Shown here in pieces: positions 63,397-64,000 of a DNA stretch of 64,000 nucleotides. A model generated the notes under the pieces. It did not search any database. It worked only from the letters and a program-made list of their open reading frames with translations, and had not been told where the DNA came from. The stretch spans positions 1-64,000 of IMG/VR virus record IMGVR_UViG_3300024046_000025, one strand, 5' to 3'. Position numbers and translations under genes: made by a program. Each line of letters begins with the position of its first letter. The stretch's first letter is position 1. The stretch is from a virus. Taxonomy: Duplodnaviria; Caudoviricetes.

Positions 63397-64000
63397 CTAT
63401 CCGACGTGAACCGTGACGTCAAAGCCCAGCGACTTCAGGGATTTTGACGTTCGTCCATTCCGAGGTGGAAAGCGATCTGGCAACGCCCAGCCCACGAGTT
63501 CCCCCAAGGCGCTGACGCCCAAGCCGTCGATCTTCCACTTGGGATCGTGAACGGCCAGCCACAGCCGTTCTGGCAGCTCGGATTCTGGTCCGCCATAGAG
63601 GATGTATTTCAAGAGTTGCACCACGCTGTGTCCACCGGCGGACTTGCCGTCCCATATTCGCGTCGAGAGTGCATCTACTTTTTCGGGGATGGTGTATTTC
63701 GTCCCATCCTCTCGCAGCGCCACCGCCTTATTAGCCACACGCCGCGCATAGTCCTTGATGGCATGAACACCCATGCAAATCTCGCGGAAGCCCTCATAAT
63801 CCATCTCGTCGATGGTGTCCTCGGCAAGCGCCGCACGTAGCATCGGTGCTGTGTTGTTCAGCATCGTGTCTTCCTCTGACGGCGCCTTGGATAGGCTGCG
63901 CCACCAGTTGATCGCTTCGCGGAGGGCGGTGTCGGGGTCATGCTTGTTGCGCTCAAAGAAATCTGCGTAAAGCGCTCTGCGCCCGTCGAAGGTGCGTTGG
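63397..64000 (-). CDS. C-terminal part of a large counter-oriented cargo gene (possibly PLD-family nuclease); frame open to window edge
   Basis: No stop in frame up to 64000 (QRTFDGRRALY...); ends FPPRNGRTSKSLKSLGFDV. Confidence 0.65.
   Translation of the reverse strand, partial: QRTFDGRRALYADFFERNKHDPDTALREAINWWRSLSKAPSEEDTMLNNTAPMLRAALAEDTIDEMDYEGFREICMGVHAIKDYARRVANKAVALREDGTKYTIPEKVDALSTRIWDGKSAGGHSVVQLLKYILYGGPESELPERLWLAVHDPKWKIDGLGVSALGELVGWALPDRFPPRNGRTSKSLKSLGFDVTVHVG

Larger units (their letters stand above)
34360..64000. mobile_element. Element 2: serine-recombinase prophage with lambda-like head genes; continues beyond window
   Basis: Recombinase/DUF2924, XRE/ImmA, primase-helicase, GpA terminase, lambda portal, protease-capsid fusion; attL not pinned. 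Confidence 0.9.

Overview
High-GC alphaproteobacterial (Rhizobiales/Devosia-like) DNA made almost entirely of two back-to-back prophages separated by an intact tRNA-Ser(GCT) at 34215-34307. Prophage 1 runs from 1 to about 30.9-34.1 kb; its left end and integrase are outside the window. It is a temperate lambdoid podovirus with: a cI/cro switch and paired TGTA-N9-TACA operators; an early operon (ParB-like, CtrA-like winged helix, GapR-like, two DNA methyltransferases, DnaB, initiator with iterons); a NusG-like antiterminator; tRNA-Trp; GTA-type head-spike genes; P22-like terminase/portal/coat/ejection genes; tail fibre and lysis genes. At its right end lie a luxR-luxI-radC cassette and a LexA-box-controlled pair of small genes. 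Element 2 (about 34.4 kb to past the window end) is a large-serine-recombinase prophage with an XRE/ImmA-IrrE switch, a primase/helicase replication module, a lambda-like cos candidate, a ParB-MTase fusion, a C5 methyltransferase apparently split over two fully overlapping reading frames, and lambda-like head genes. Best leads are the putatively phage-borne AHL quorum-sensing pair coupled to RadC next to an SOS module, the dual-frame methyltransferase, the CtrA-like/GapR-like early genes, and cargo genes at the rexAB and sieA positions. All calls come from motif recognition by eye; no database searches were run.
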